Below are positions 9,927-19,656 of a stretch of DNA of 64,000 nt, in pieces. Both the position numbers and the translations under genes were made by a program. Under the pieces are notes generated by a model. The model ran no database searches. It was not told the DNA's origin and saw nothing but the letters and a program-made list of their open reading frames with translations. The stretch covers positions 160,001 to 224,000 of the forward strand of contig CAVPVX010000007.1 of NCBI GenBank assembly GCA_963709345.1, given 5' to 3'. Each line of letters begins with the position of its first letter. The first letter of the stretch is position 1. The stretch is from an uncultured Actinomycetes bacterium (GTDB taxonomy: Bacteria > Actinomycetota > Thermoleophilia > UBA2241).

Positions 9927-12900
9927 CCGCCCTCCCCTCCGGGGCCGAGCGTGAAGTACACCGTAGCCCCCCTACCTGTTTCGCCCTCTGCCCAGACACG
10001 CCCCCCGTGGCGGCGAACGATGCGCTGCACCGTCGCCAGCCCGATGCCCGTGCCCGGGAACTCGTGCGCGCCGTGCAACCGCTGGAAGGGCGCGAACATT
10101 GTATCCGAATACGCTCCGTCGAACCCCGCCCCGTCGTCCTCAACGAAGAAGACCAGACCATCGTCCCCCTTCATCGACCCGACCTCGACGCGCCCCCCGG
10201 CCCCCCGCGACGTGAACTTCCAGGCGTTGGACAGCAGGTTCTCGAAGACGATCTGGAGCAGATGGGCGTCACCCTCGGCGGACAAACCCTCCTCCACGGC
10301 GATCTCGACATCCCGGTCCGGCTCCGCCGCGCGCAACTCCGCGAAGATCCTGAACGCGAGCGCGGAGACGTCCACGGTCTCGCGCGCGAGTTCTCTCCGT
10401 GTGACGCGCGAGAGCATCAGCAGGTCGTCGATCAGGCGCGCCATGCGTTGGGACGCTGCGCGGATACGTCGCAGGAAGTCGAGCGCCTCGCCGTCCAGCT
10501 TCGACCCGCAGTCCTCGGCGAGCGCCAGGCTGAATCCGTCAAGCGCGCGAAGAGGCGCGCGCAGGTCGTGGGAGACGGAGTAGCTGAACGCCTCGAGCTC
10601 GGCGTTGGCCGCCTCCAGCTCGGCCGTACGCTCCACCACGCGCCGCTCGAGGCCGACGTTCAGCACCGCGAGCTCGCGTTCGGCGTGGCGGCGCGCGTCT
10701 TCGCGCGCCGCCGCCTCCAGCGCAAACGCCACGTCGGCGGCGAGACGCTCGAGGAGGCTGACCTCCTCGGAGTCGAACGCGCCCGCTTCCCTCGAGTAGA
10801 TGACCAGCGCCGCCTGCGGCCGGCGGCCGGCGCCGATGGGCATCGCGGCGCACGCACGGAAGCCCCTCAGCTCGGCGTCGGCCGCGAACTCGGACAGGCG
10901 CGCGTCGGCAAAGACGTCCGGGCAGGTGTCCGTCTTGCCCTCGACGAGCGCCACGGCGATGGTCGCCAGCGTGGTCAGCGGCCGACCCTCATCGAGGCGG
11001 TGAGCCTCCGCGAACCCCTCGTCCGCCCCGGCGGACGCGAGGAGCCGCACCATACCCTCGTCGTCGGCCGCCCCGACCCACGCCATCACGAAACCGCCCG
11101 GCTCAACGACGGCGCGGCAGAGCTCTTCGAACAACCGCTGTGGGTCGCGGACCCGGGGGATCATCTCCGCGACCGAACTGAGCACCTGGTACAGGTGCGT
11201 GAGGCGCGCAAGGCGCAACGCGTTCGCGCGCCGTTCGCTGACGTCCTCGACCAGCAGAAGCACGCCCTCGATCTCGCCGCCGGCGCCGCGCAGGGCGGCG
11301 ATCGAGCTACTGGTCGACAGGCGCGAACCATCCTTGCGCACGCACGGCAGATCGACGCCGGCAAGCTGCTCGCCGGCGATGACGCGGTCCATGAGCCTGC
11401 GGGCCTGCCCGGCGGCGTCCTCGGGGATGAACGGCGCCTGCCGGCCCACCGCCTCGCCGGCGCTCCACCCGAAGATCCCCGCGGCTGCCGGGTTCCAGAG
11501 AGTGACGACCTGGTGGAGGTCGACAGCGGCCACGGCGATGGGTGCGGCCATGACGGTGGCCTCCAGCCGCTGCGACGTCTCCTTGAGAGCCGCCTCGGCG
11601 CGTCTTTGGTGCGTGACGTCCTGCGCCGTCCCGATGAGCTGGGTGACGGCGCCATCTTCATTCCGCGCGAACACCGAGTCGCGACCGCGCAGCACGCGCC
11701 ACTCCCCGTCCGCGCGACGCATGCGGTATTCGACCTCGAGGACGTCGCCGTCGCGGAGGCTCCGCGCCGTCTGGTGATGAGCGGCCATCACCTCGCGGTC
11801 GTCGGGATGCAGGATCCTCGGCAGAACGTCGCTCCCCATCTCCAGAATCTCCGCCGGTGAGTAGCCAAGGACGGCGGCCATCGCGAGGTTCGAGAAGACG
11901 TTGCGCTGGGCGACGATGTCGTGGATGTAGATGAGCTCCGGGGTGACCTTCAGCACGCGCTCCAGGAAGCGGCGGCTCTCATCGAGTTCACGACGGGCTT
12001 CCTTCGCCTCCGTCACGTCGACGACGACCCCGCCGACGAAGCGGACCAGCCCGTCTGGGTCGGTGATGGGGAACAGATCGACCCGCGCGTGCTTCGGGGT
12101 ACCCCCCGGGCCTGCCGCGGGGCCGCCCATCTCGATGTCGCGCAGCATCTCACCGGTGTCCACGACGTGGTTCAGCAGAGGCTCGACCTGCGCAGCCAGC
12201 CGCGGGACGACGTCCGCGACACACTCTCCGATGTGTTCCTCCGCCGCGACACCGTTCAACTCGGCGAGTGTCGCGTTCACGTGCACGTAGCGCAGGTTCC
12301 GATCGACGACGAACAGCCCGATGGGCGAACTGCTGAAGAAGCCCGCGATGATCTCCTCGGCCTCGCGACGCTGGGAGATATCGATGAACAGCGTGGCGAA
12401 CTGGCCCGGCCGCGGGGACACGGCCTGGATGTCGAAGTGGCGGTCCAGGGAGGGAATGAACACCTCGATGCGCTCAGGCTCGCCGGTGAGCGCGACACGC
12501 CCGTAGCGCTCGATAAGGCCCGTCTCTCGCAGGCCGGGAATGACGTCCGATGCCGGCCTGCCGAGGACGTCCGCCGGGGCCAGCCCCGTCTGCGCTTCGA
12601 ACGCGGGGTTGGCGGCGAGATACACGAAATCGAAAGGCCGACCCTCCTCGTCCAGGACGATCTCGTGCAGCGCGAAACCACTCAGTGAATCCTCGAAGAG
12701 CGTGCGGTAGCGCGCCTCGCTGTCGCGCAGCGCCGCATCCGCCGCCTTGCGCTCGCCGATGTCGCGCGCGATCTCCAGACAGTGGAGCTCTCCCTCGATA
12801 CTCGCGGCGCTCAGGCTGACCTCGACGGGGAATTCCACACCGTCGCTGCGCCGGTGCACGCTCTCGAAGGACAGGTGGCCGCCATCCGCCTCGAGGCGCT

Positions 12901-14191
12901 GCATCCGCTCGTCCCAGGACGGTCCGCCGCCGCTCACGCGGTAGAGCCCGCCGTCGCGTCCGACGAAGTCCCCGCGAGAGTACCCGTACGAGGTGAGGGC
13001 ATAGTCGTTCGCCTCGACGATACGACCGTCCGCCGACAGCAGCACCACGCTCTCCCGGGCCTCACGCATGATCGTCGCATAGCGAGTCTCGGCCAGGCGC
13101 CACTCCTTCTCCGCCGCGACCAGCGCCCGCAGCGAAGCGGCCTCGCGCCCACGCCAGTACGCGAGCAGGACAAGGCCGGCGATGACGACGGTGCTCGCCA
13201 CCAAGACGGCGGTCGTAAGGGCCTGGTCGCGCACCGGCCTCTCTATCGCCGCCAGATCCTGCTTCACGACGAGATACCACGGCGTACCCGGCACGGGGCC
13301 GACGGAGGCCAGAACCGGTGTGCCCCGGTAGTCGAGACCCTTGTGCACGCCGGTCGCGCCGCGAACGACCTTGACACCGACCAGGCCCGTCTCGCTCAGC
13401 GGAACTGCGAAGCTCATGGGGCCGCCCGGCCGCAGGCGCAGCTCGTTCACGTAGACCGCGCGTCCGTCACGCTCGCTGAGCAGGATGCTCTCGCCCGACG
13501 CGCTCGCCAGCGGCCACGTCTCGACCAGGGGAAGGAGAACCTCAAGAGGATCCATCGTCTGGATCAGGACGCCCATCGCGGGCGAGCCCTCACTCCCAGC
13601 GCCAGAGATCGGCGCCGCGAGGCTCAAGGCGAGAGGACCGTGCGCCGTTCGGTACACATCCGCGAAGACGGTCTTCCCGCTGCGAAGAGCGCGAGCGGCG
13701 AGCGCCAGGGCCGTCTCATCCGGCCGACTCGTCCGCAGCGGCGCGGCGGCCACGACCTCGAGCCTCGTGTCGACCACGGCGAGCGACCGGACGTCGTTGC
13801 TGCGCCGGAACACCGCCAGCAGATCGGTGACCGCCCTGGGAGGAGAGTCGTCGGCGTCCGCGCCGACCTGCCGCCGTAGAAGCCGGCCGAGCGCCGCGTC
13901 GGAGCCGAGCAGGCGGGCATCGTCCTCCTGATCGGCGAACCAGCGGCTGATCTGTTCGCTCTGCAGCAGCCGCACGCCGGTGAGGGCCTCGGCGGCCTCG
14001 CGGCGAAGATCGCGCGCCTGGCGGTCATGGATGGACCACCCGGCGAACGACACCGCCGCGGCCACGACCAACACGACGAGCCCCGGCACGAGCAGCGCGC
14101 GACCGGGCCCGGGCCGCGACCCTCTCTCCTGCGCGCCCACTGCAGAGCGGGGCGTCACGCCGCTGCCTTCCGCTCGCCGCTCCCCGCCCAT
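9923..14191 (-). CDS. Membrane sensor histidine kinase (Cache-like + multiple PAS + GAF + HisKA + HATPase)
   Basis: Two TM segments around a DYRG-containing extracellular domain, about 5 PAS/PAC repeats, GAF, FSYSVSHDLRAPLR H-box, NLLSNAWKF, DDGAGF, GTGIGLA. Confidence 0.93.
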   Translation of the reverse strand: MGGERRAEGSGVTPRSAVGAQERGSRPGPGRALLVPGLVVLVVAAAVSFAGWSIHDRQARDLRREAAEALTGVRLLQSEQISRWFADQEDDARLLGSDAALGRLLRRQVGADADDSPPRAVTDLLAVFRRSNDVRSLAVVDTRLEVVAAAPLRTSRPDETALALAARALRSGKTVFADVYRTAHGPLALSLAAPISGAGSEGSPAMGVLIQTMDPLEVLLPLVETWPLASASGESILLSERDGRAVYVNELRLRPGGPMSFAVPLSETGLVGVKVVRGATGVHKGLDYRGTPVLASVGPVPGTPWYLVVKQDLAAIERPVRDQALTTAVLVASTVVIAGLVLLAYWRGREAASLRALVAAEKEWRLAETRYATIMREARESVVLLSADGRIVEANDYALTSYGYSRGDFVGRDGGLYRVSGGGPSWDERMQRLEADGGHLSFESVHRRSDGVEFPVEVSLSAASIEGELHCLEIARDIGERKAADAALRDSEARYRTLFEDSLSGFALHEIVLDEEGRPFDFVYLAANPAFEAQTGLAPADVLGRPASDVIPGLRETGLIERYGRVALTGEPERIEVFIPSLDRHFDIQAVSPRPGQFATLFIDISQRREAEEIIAGFFSSSPIGLFVVDRNLRYVHVNATLAELNGVAAEEHIGECVADVVPRLAAQVEPLLNHVVDTGEMLRDIEMGGPAAGPGGTPKHARVDLFPITDPDGLVRFVGGVVVDVTEAKEARRELDESRRFLERVLKVTPELIYIHDIVAQRNVFSNLAMAAVLGYSPAEILEMGSDVLPRILHPDDREVMAAHHQTARSLRDGDVLEVEYRMRRADGEWRVLRGRDSVFARNEDGAVTQLIGTAQDVTHQRRAEAALKETSQRLEATVMAAPIAVAAVDLHQVVTLWNPAAAGIFGWSAGEAVGRQAPFIPEDAAGQARRLMDRVIAGEQLAGVDLPCVRKDGSRLSTSSSIAALRGAGGEIEGVLLLVEDVSERRANALRLARLTHLYQVLSSVAEMIPRVRDPQRLFEELCRAVVEPGGFVMAWVGAADDEGMVRLLASAGADEGFAEAHRLDEGRPLTTLATIAVALVEGKTDTCPDVFADARLSEFAADAELRGFRACAAMPIGAGRRPQAALVIYSREAGAFDSEEVSLLERLAADVAFALEAAAREDARRHAERELAVLNVGLERRVVERTAELEAANAELEAFSYSVSHDLRAPLRALDGFSLALAEDCGSKLDGEALDFLRRIRAASQRMARLIDDLLMLSRVTRRELARETVDVSALAFRIFAELRAAEPDRDVEIAVEEGLSAEGDAHLLQIVFENLLSNAWKFTSRGAGGRVEVGSMKGDDGLVFFVEDDGAGFDGAYSDTMFAPFQRLHGAHEFPGTGIGLATVQRIVRRHGGRVWAEGETGRGATVYFTLGPGGEGG

Positions 14192-14231
14192 ACGCTCCCC
14201 CGGCCCCTCAGCGTCCCCGCCAAGGGTCGCT

Positions 14232-14987
14232 TCAGGGACGGCGCTTCACTAGCAGCACGTGCGTGCCCAGCGGACCGCACGTGTACTGCACCGCATCCGT
14301 CAGCGCCCTCATGAAGTGGATGCCTCGTCCCGTGGTCTCCGAAGTCGCCGGGGCACAGATCGGCGACGCGGCGATCCCGTCGCCGCTGTCCACGACCTCG
14401 ACGGCCACCTCGTCCTCGTAGCAGAAGAACCGCACGCGCACGTCGTCGTCGGCGCCATGGGGAGATCCGTGGACGACGGCGTTCGCGAGAGCCTCGGCGA
14501 CGGCCACGGAGAGCTCGAACAACGCCGACCCGCTCAGGCCGGCGACCTCGGCGTAGGCCGCGACCCTCCGTCGCGCGGCGCGCAGCTGCCAAGGGGTCGC
14601 GGGAAAGACGAACTCGTGCTCCCACCGCGGCTTGTCGGCGCCACGCAGGTCGCCGTCCCCGCCGGCGCCCGCCGGCCCCGGCACCGGCGGCACGGAGCGC
14701 ATCAGGCCTGCGCCGGCCAGAGCCTCGCGAGCCTCCGGCTCCTCGACCGCGACGACGAGTTCGCCGCCCTCTCCGGCGAACGCCGTCGCCGCCGCGCTGA
14801 GCGCCGCGAGGCTGTCCGTGTCGAGCGGCTCGTACGGGTCGAGATCGAGGATGACCGCGGTGGCGCCGGCGCTCACGCAACGACTCAGCTCTCCGGGGAG
14901 CTCTCCGGCGAGCTGTTCCCCGTCGACACCCCCGCAGTGGATCACGCAGACCTCGCCGCGGAGCTCGCTACTGACCCGGTTCGTCAC
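14232..14987 (-). CDS. STAS (anti-anti-sigma) + RsbW-like HATPase (anti-sigma) fusion
   Basis: N-terminal VILDL..LDTDSLAAL..GGELVVA STAS-like; C-terminal AVAEALANAVVHG, VVDSGDG, GRGIHFMRALTD; start uncertain (alternative ATG 15029). Confidence 0.8.
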   Translation of the reverse strand: MTNRVSSELRGEVCVIHCGGVDGEQLAGELPGELSRCVSAGATAVILDLDPYEPLDTDSLAALSAAATAFAGEGGELVVAVEEPEAREALAGAGLMRSVPPVPGPAGAGGDGDLRGADKPRWEHEFVFPATPWQLRAARRRVAAYAEVAGLSGSALFELSVAVAEALANAVVHGSPHGADDDVRVRFFCYEDEVAVEVVDSGDGIAASPICAPATSETTGRGIHFMRALTDAVQYTCGPLGTHVLLVKRRP

Positions 14988-15018
14988 TTCGCCCCAGCGC
15001 CTCGAATCAGCCGGCAGA

Positions 15019-15306
15019 TCACTCGGCATCGCTCTCGTAACCCGGCGCCGGCTCGAAACGACACTCCTCCTGGCCGGGCCACCCGCCGAAGGGATACGTG
15101 CAGTGCATCCTGTGCAGCTGTTCGCCGACATCGTCGAAGCGAGCATGGATGCGCTCGACGAGCGACTGACTCATGGAGAACGAGTGAACCCCTTCGTAGA
15201 AGACCTGGCGCAGCCCATCCATGCGCAGCTCGAGCTCGTCGAACTCGGCACGCCACTCTTCCACCTCACCCGGCTCGGCGTGGCGAAGGTTACGGCTCTC
15301 GCTCAT
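15019..15306 (-). CDS. Hypothetical protein, 95 aa
   Basis: GGAGG RBS, natural-looking helical sequence, directly upstream of the STAS-RsbW gene. Confidence 0.65.
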   Translation of the reverse strand: MSESRNLRHAEPGEVEEWRAEFDELELRMDGLRQVFYEGVHSFSMSQSLVERIHARFDDVGEQLHRMHCTYPFGGWPGQEECRFEPAPGYESDAE

Positions 15307-15353
15307 CGCGCCTCCGTGGTTGCTGCCGTACGGTCACATGACTCTACACGCTG

Positions 15354-15380
15354 ATACCCATGACGCACGACTGGTATAAC
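15354..15380 (-). promoter_or_regulatory. SigB/SigF-type promoter GTTATA-N15-GGGTAT
   Basis: Minus strand reads GTTATAccagtcgtgcgtcatGGGTAT upstream of 15306. Confidence 0.5.
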
Positions 15381-15471
15381 ACCACATCGCGCCGCGACGC
15401 TTCTCCGCAACGCTACACTGTGCGGGGCGGCCGGCATCCGCTCGGCCGCCCCGACCGAGAGGGAGACGAAC

Positions 15472-15903
15472 ATGGGTACACGCGAGTACCAGCGAGGCCG
15501 CCGCGTCGTCGCACGCCTGAGCCACGGCGGCGACCTGCTCGAGCAGCTCGCGACGATCGCCGACGAGTACGGCATCGCGGCCGCCGAGCTCCGCGGCATC
15601 GGCGCGCTCCAGACCGCGCGGCTGGCCTACTACGATCAGACCGCACTCGAGTATGGCGAGTTCGCCGTCGACCGGCCGGTCGAGCTCGTCGGACTGCTCG
15701 GTAACGTGTCGCGTCGCGACGGCGCGACCGCGGTACACGCGCACGCGACGCTCGCGGACCGCCACGGGGACTGCGTCGGCGGCCATGTGGCTCCGGGATG
15801 CGTGGTGTTCGCGGGTGAAGTCGTCTTCCAGGAACTCATCGGAGAGCCGCTGGAGCGTCACCACGACGAGACGACGGGTCTGCCGCTGTGGCGCGGGCTG
15901 TGA
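15472..15903 (+). CDS. PPC/DUF296-domain protein
   Basis: RLSHGGDLLE, GIGAL, ELVGLLGNVS, VHAHATL..GGHV. Confidence 0.9.
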   Translation: MGTREYQRGRRVVARLSHGGDLLEQLATIADEYGIAAAELRGIGALQTARLAYYDQTALEYGEFAVDRPVELVGLLGNVSRRDGATAVHAHATLADRHGDCVGGHVAPGCVVFAGEVVFQELIGEPLERHHDETTGLPLWRGL

Positions 15904-15965
15904 AGGAGCTCGACACAAACGCTTGGCGGCGATGGATCGCCGGACGTCGCGGGTGATGAAAGAAG

Positions 15966-16054
15966 TGGTGTCGGAAGGGGGACTTGAACCCCCATGAGGT
16001 TATACCCTCACTAGGCCCTCAACCTAGCGCGTCTACCAATTCCGCCATTCCGAC
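15966..16054 (-). tRNA. tRNA-Leu(GAG)
   Basis: GTCGGAA acceptor stem, GGCGGAATTGGTAGACGC D-arm, CTAGG-TTGAGGG-CCTAG anticodon arm, long variable arm, GTTCAAGTC T-loop, encoded CCA. Confidence 0.97.
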
Positions 16055-16310
16055 ACTGAGGGAAGGCGAGTATAGGCGGTCTCGCCCCGGGTGGTCAACG
16101 CGGCCGGCCGCCACCGGCATGACGATGGGCGGGTCGTCGCGCCGCATGACCCGCCCACCGGCGGCGCCCCCTTCAGTGCCTCGTATCGGCGAGGCTGTGG
16201 TCTGCAGAGACCGTGGCGCCGACTGTGACTCCTGCGGCGGAGTATAGGCCCGCGTATCACGTGGTACAACGTTGCAGACGCGATTGACCGAAGACGATCG
16301 GGAGACAGAG

Positions 16311-17249
16311 ATGGATGCGCGGATCCTCGTCGGCAGTTGTTCGTGGACGGACCCGACGCTCATCGGCAGCGGCCGCTTCTACCCATCGGGCGTGACGAGC
16401 GCGGAATCCCGTCTGCGCTACTACGCCGACCAGTTCCCGATCGTCGAGGTGGATTCCACGTACTACGCGCTGCCGTCGGCGCGCAACAGCGCGCTCTGGG
16501 CGGCGCGCACCCCCGGCGGCTTCGTGTTCGACGTCAAGGCCTTCGGCCTGCTGACCGGACACCCGGTCCGCGTGGACAGGCTGCCGGCGTGGCTGCGAGA
16601 CGCCCTCCCCGCTCCGGCACGCTCCAAGAAGAACGCCTACGTCAAGGACTTCGCCACCGCCGACGTGGAGCGCGTGTGGCAGGCGCACAGGGACGCGCTG
16701 CGGCCGCTCTCCGAAGCCGGGAAGCTGGGGGTGGTGCTGTTCCAGTTCCCCCCCTGGTTCACGCGCTCACCGGAGCACGCCGACTACATGCGGGCTCTGC
16801 CCGAGCGCCTCCCCGGATACCGCGTCGCGGTCGAGTTCCGCGGCGGCGGCTGGTTCACCGACCCCACTGCGGCCGCTGCGACATTGAAGCTGCTCGAGGA
16901 GGGGGGCATGACTCACGTGTGCGTCGACGAGCCGCAGGGCTTCCGCTCGAGCACGCCGCCGGTCGTGGCCACCACCGCGGCGGTCGCCGTCGTGAGGCTG
17001 CACGGCCGTAACGCCGAGACGTGGGAAGCGCGCACGCGCGCAGCATCCGACCGCTTCAAGTACCTCTACTCCGACGAGGAACTCGAAGGGTGGGTCTCGC
17101 CGATTCAGGAACTGGCGCGGAGCGCGGCGGCTGTCCACGTCCTCTTCAACAACAACTACGAAGACTGGGGAATGCGCAACGCGCGACGCATGGCGCAGCT
17201 GCTGGGCACGACGAACGATCCGCCGCAGACCCGCCTCGACCTCAGGTGA
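16311..17249 (+). CDS. DUF72 (YecE/YunF) family protein
   Basis: VGSCSW, YYADQFPIVEVDSTYY, LFQFPPWF, VEFR, VRLHGRN, YLYSDEEL, FNN. Confidence 0.93.
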   Translation: MDARILVGSCSWTDPTLIGSGRFYPSGVTSAESRLRYYADQFPIVEVDSTYYALPSARNSALWAARTPGGFVFDVKAFGLLTGHPVRVDRLPAWLRDALPAPARSKKNAYVKDFATADVERVWQAHRDALRPLSEAGKLGVVLFQFPPWFTRSPEHADYMRALPERLPGYRVAVEFRGGGWFTDPTAAAATLKLLEEGGMTHVCVDEPQGFRSSTPPVVATTAAVAVVRLHGRNAETWEARTRAASDRFKYLYSDEELEGWVSPIQELARSAAAVHVLFNNNYEDWGMRNARRMAQLLGTTNDPPQTRLDLR

Positions 17250-18243
17250 AGGTGAACCCGGACGAGAACGCCGCCACGCACGCGTCGGTCGCGTCGGCGT
17301 CGTACAGGATGCCGCGGTGCCCGACGACCTCGGCGAGCGCCTGGTCGAGCCCGAGCGCGGGCCGGTACGGGCGATGCGACGACATCGCCTCCACGACGTC
17401 CGCGACGGCGAGGATCCTCGCCTCGAGCATGATCTCATCGCCGGCACGCCCGTCCGGGTAGCCGGACCCGTCGAGGCGCTCGTGATGCTGCAGCACGACG
17501 TCGGCCACCGGCCAGGGGAACTCGATCCCCGCCAGGATCTCGCAGCCCGTCCTCGGGTGAACGCGGATCAGCTCGAATTCCGCCGCAGTCAGACGACCGG
17601 GCTTGCTGAGGATCTCGGTGGGCACGGCCGTCTTCCCGAGATCGTGGAGCGTCCCGGCGGCGTCGACAAGACGCCGGCGTTCGCCGTTCACGCCCATCGC
17701 CTCGCTCATCGCCGCGGCGAGCTCCGCCACCCTGCGCTGATGCCCGGCGGTGTAAGGGTCGCGGGTCTCGGTCAAGTAGGCGAGCGTCTGGATCGCGCCC
17801 TGCACGGTGCGCGCCAGAAGATCGACCGTGCTGTTCAACGTCTCGTCGGCCAGCCGCGCCCGACGACGTATGCCGGCATCGCGCAGTTCGCGTTCCAGCG
17901 CGGGGACGAAGCGTGAAAGGTTGTCCTTCAGGATGAAGTCCTGCGCCCCAGCCTTCATCGCCGCGACGGCTACCTCTTCACCCACGGACCCCGAGACGAG
18001 AAGCACCGGGACGTCCGGGTCGGCCTCGCGGACGAGCGCCAGAGCCTCCATCCCGCTGAAGCCGGGAAGGTTGTGGTCGACGACGACGGCGTCCCAGGAG
18101 AGCAAGAGTGCCTGCTCCAGTTGAGTCCGCGTGGCGATGACGTCGGTCGAAGTCTTGTAGCCGCCCTTGCTCAACGCCCGCAACAGCAGCGCGGCGTCGT
18201 CGCTGGAATCGTCAACCACGAGCACCCGCAACTCGCTCATCAC
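17242..18243 (-). CDS. Response regulator + HD-GYP phosphodiesterase
   Basis: LVVDDS..VDHNLPG REC; RDPYTAGHQRRV, HDLGK, HHERLDGSGYP, RPYR. Confidence 0.93.
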   Translation of the reverse strand: MMSELRVLVVDDSSDDAALLLRALSKGGYKTSTDVIATRTQLEQALLLSWDAVVVDHNLPGFSGMEALALVREADPDVPVLLVSGSVGEEVAVAAMKAGAQDFILKDNLSRFVPALERELRDAGIRRRARLADETLNSTVDLLARTVQGAIQTLAYLTETRDPYTAGHQRRVAELAAAMSEAMGVNGERRRLVDAAGTLHDLGKTAVPTEILSKPGRLTAAEFELIRVHPRTGCEILAGIEFPWPVADVVLQHHERLDGSGYPDGRAGDEIMLEARILAVADVVEAMSSHRPYRPALGLDQALAEVVGHRGILYDADATDACVAAFSSGFTFT

Positions 18244-18385
18244 GCCCCCTCAACCTACGCTGTTGCCCACCCCCTCCCGCGAGCACAACCTCCGTACGTT
18301 GCCCCGCAGCCGACCGGCTGAAACGGAAGGAGCCGAACGGGCCGCGGCGGGTCGCCATGCCGGTGACCTACGCCGGCCGCCGCCG

Positions 18386-19573
18386 TCACCTCGGCGCGGC
18401 CAGCGACTCGCGCATCTGCGCATCGATGGTCACGCCCCAACGCGAGAACTCGCTGAAGAACGCCTCGCACGGCACGATCTGCTCGGGCACGAAGACGCCG
18501 GGGCCGGCGATATCGCCGCGCGCCATCATGCGCGCCACGATCGCCGGCGGGATGCCGGTGTCGACGTCACCGCCGCCGGCGCCGTACTCCTTGTACGCCG
18601 GCACCGTGGCGCGCACGCGCCACTCAACCCGGCGCCCATCCTTGAGACCACGCACTACGCCTATCAGGTAGTCGACGTCGTCCAGCACCACATCGGTCGG
18701 CCGCGGTATCTCGCCGACGACCTTGAGCAGGACGTCTCGCGGCCGCACGTGCATGCCGTTGACGTCCACCTCGTCGGTGCGCGTCATGCCGATGGTCTCC
18801 AGAAAGCGCATCTGGCCGGTGAACTCGGCGGGCAGCGACAGCTTGAAGGTCGCCGACTTCAGCCCCTGATCCTTCCAGGTGTGCCAGAAGGTGAACGGCT
18901 CCGAGCGGATCGCATAGTGCGCCTCGAGGCCGCCGGCCGGCTCTCCGAAGTCGATGCGCTCGACGCCCTCCCCGCCGGTGATGTCCAGGACCCAGTGGCC
19001 GTCGATGAACTCTGGAGCGACGACGCTGAACTCGTCGCAGAGAGTCTCCAGGGAGTACGGGACCACCCAGCCGTCGTACCCGCTCCAGTCGGTGTCGTCC
19101 ACGGTCGCGCACAGGGCGTGAGCCTCTTCGACGACGTCGAGCCGCTCGGCGCCGTACCGGGCGAGGATGTTGGTGACGCCGGGCGCACCGCCCATGGCGA
19201 TGACCGCGGTGACGCCGGCCTTCACAAACTCCTCGTTGAGCTCGACCTGCTGCTTGGTCACGTGGAACAGGCCGCCCATGTCGGTGTAGTGCACGCCGGC
19301 CGCGGCGGCGGCGTGCATCACGTTGATGTTCCAGAAGTGCTGGGTGGCGTTGATCATCGCGTCACAGCCGGCGACGGCTCGCTTGACGCTCTCCCGGTCC
19401 CGGGCGTCGACGAAGCAGGATGTGGCCTTGCCGCCACCGAACGCCGCGGCCACGTCGACGGCCTGCGCCTCGTCGTAGTCACCGACGACGATCGCCCCGA
19501 CCTCCGTGCTGACGCTCAGCTCCTTGACGGCCCAGCGCCCCATGGCGCCGGCGCCGACGACGGCGATCTTCAT
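18386..19573 (-). CDS. Saccharopine dehydrogenase-like oxidoreductase
   Basis: KIAVVGAGAMG Rossmann, HYTDMGG, MGGAPGVTN, DTGIPPAI..GVFVPE. Confidence 0.85.
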   Translation of the reverse strand: MKIAVVGAGAMGRWAVKELSVSTEVGAIVVGDYDEAQAVDVAAAFGGGKATSCFVDARDRESVKRAVAGCDAMINATQHFWNINVMHAAAAAGVHYTDMGGLFHVTKQQVELNEEFVKAGVTAVIAMGGAPGVTNILARYGAERLDVVEEAHALCATVDDTDWSGYDGWVVPYSLETLCDEFSVVAPEFIDGHWVLDITGGEGVERIDFGEPAGGLEAHYAIRSEPFTFWHTWKDQGLKSATFKLSLPAEFTGQMRFLETIGMTRTDEVDVNGMHVRPRDVLLKVVGEIPRPTDVVLDDVDYLIGVVRGLKDGRRVEWRVRATVPAYKEYGAGGGDVDTGIPPAIVARMMARGDIAGPGVFVPEQIVPCEAFFSEFSRWGVTIDAQMRESLAAPR

Positions 19574-19656
19574 ACCCTTGCCTCCTGTGTGAGCGGACGT
19601 GAGCCTCCCCGTCGCCGAGCCTACGAGGTTCGCCTGCGGAAGTACAGGCGGCTATC

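Noticed and set aside
15900-16054. tRNA-Leu as integration site of a genomic island
   Set aside because: No integrase and no duplicated tRNA 3' end seen in the window
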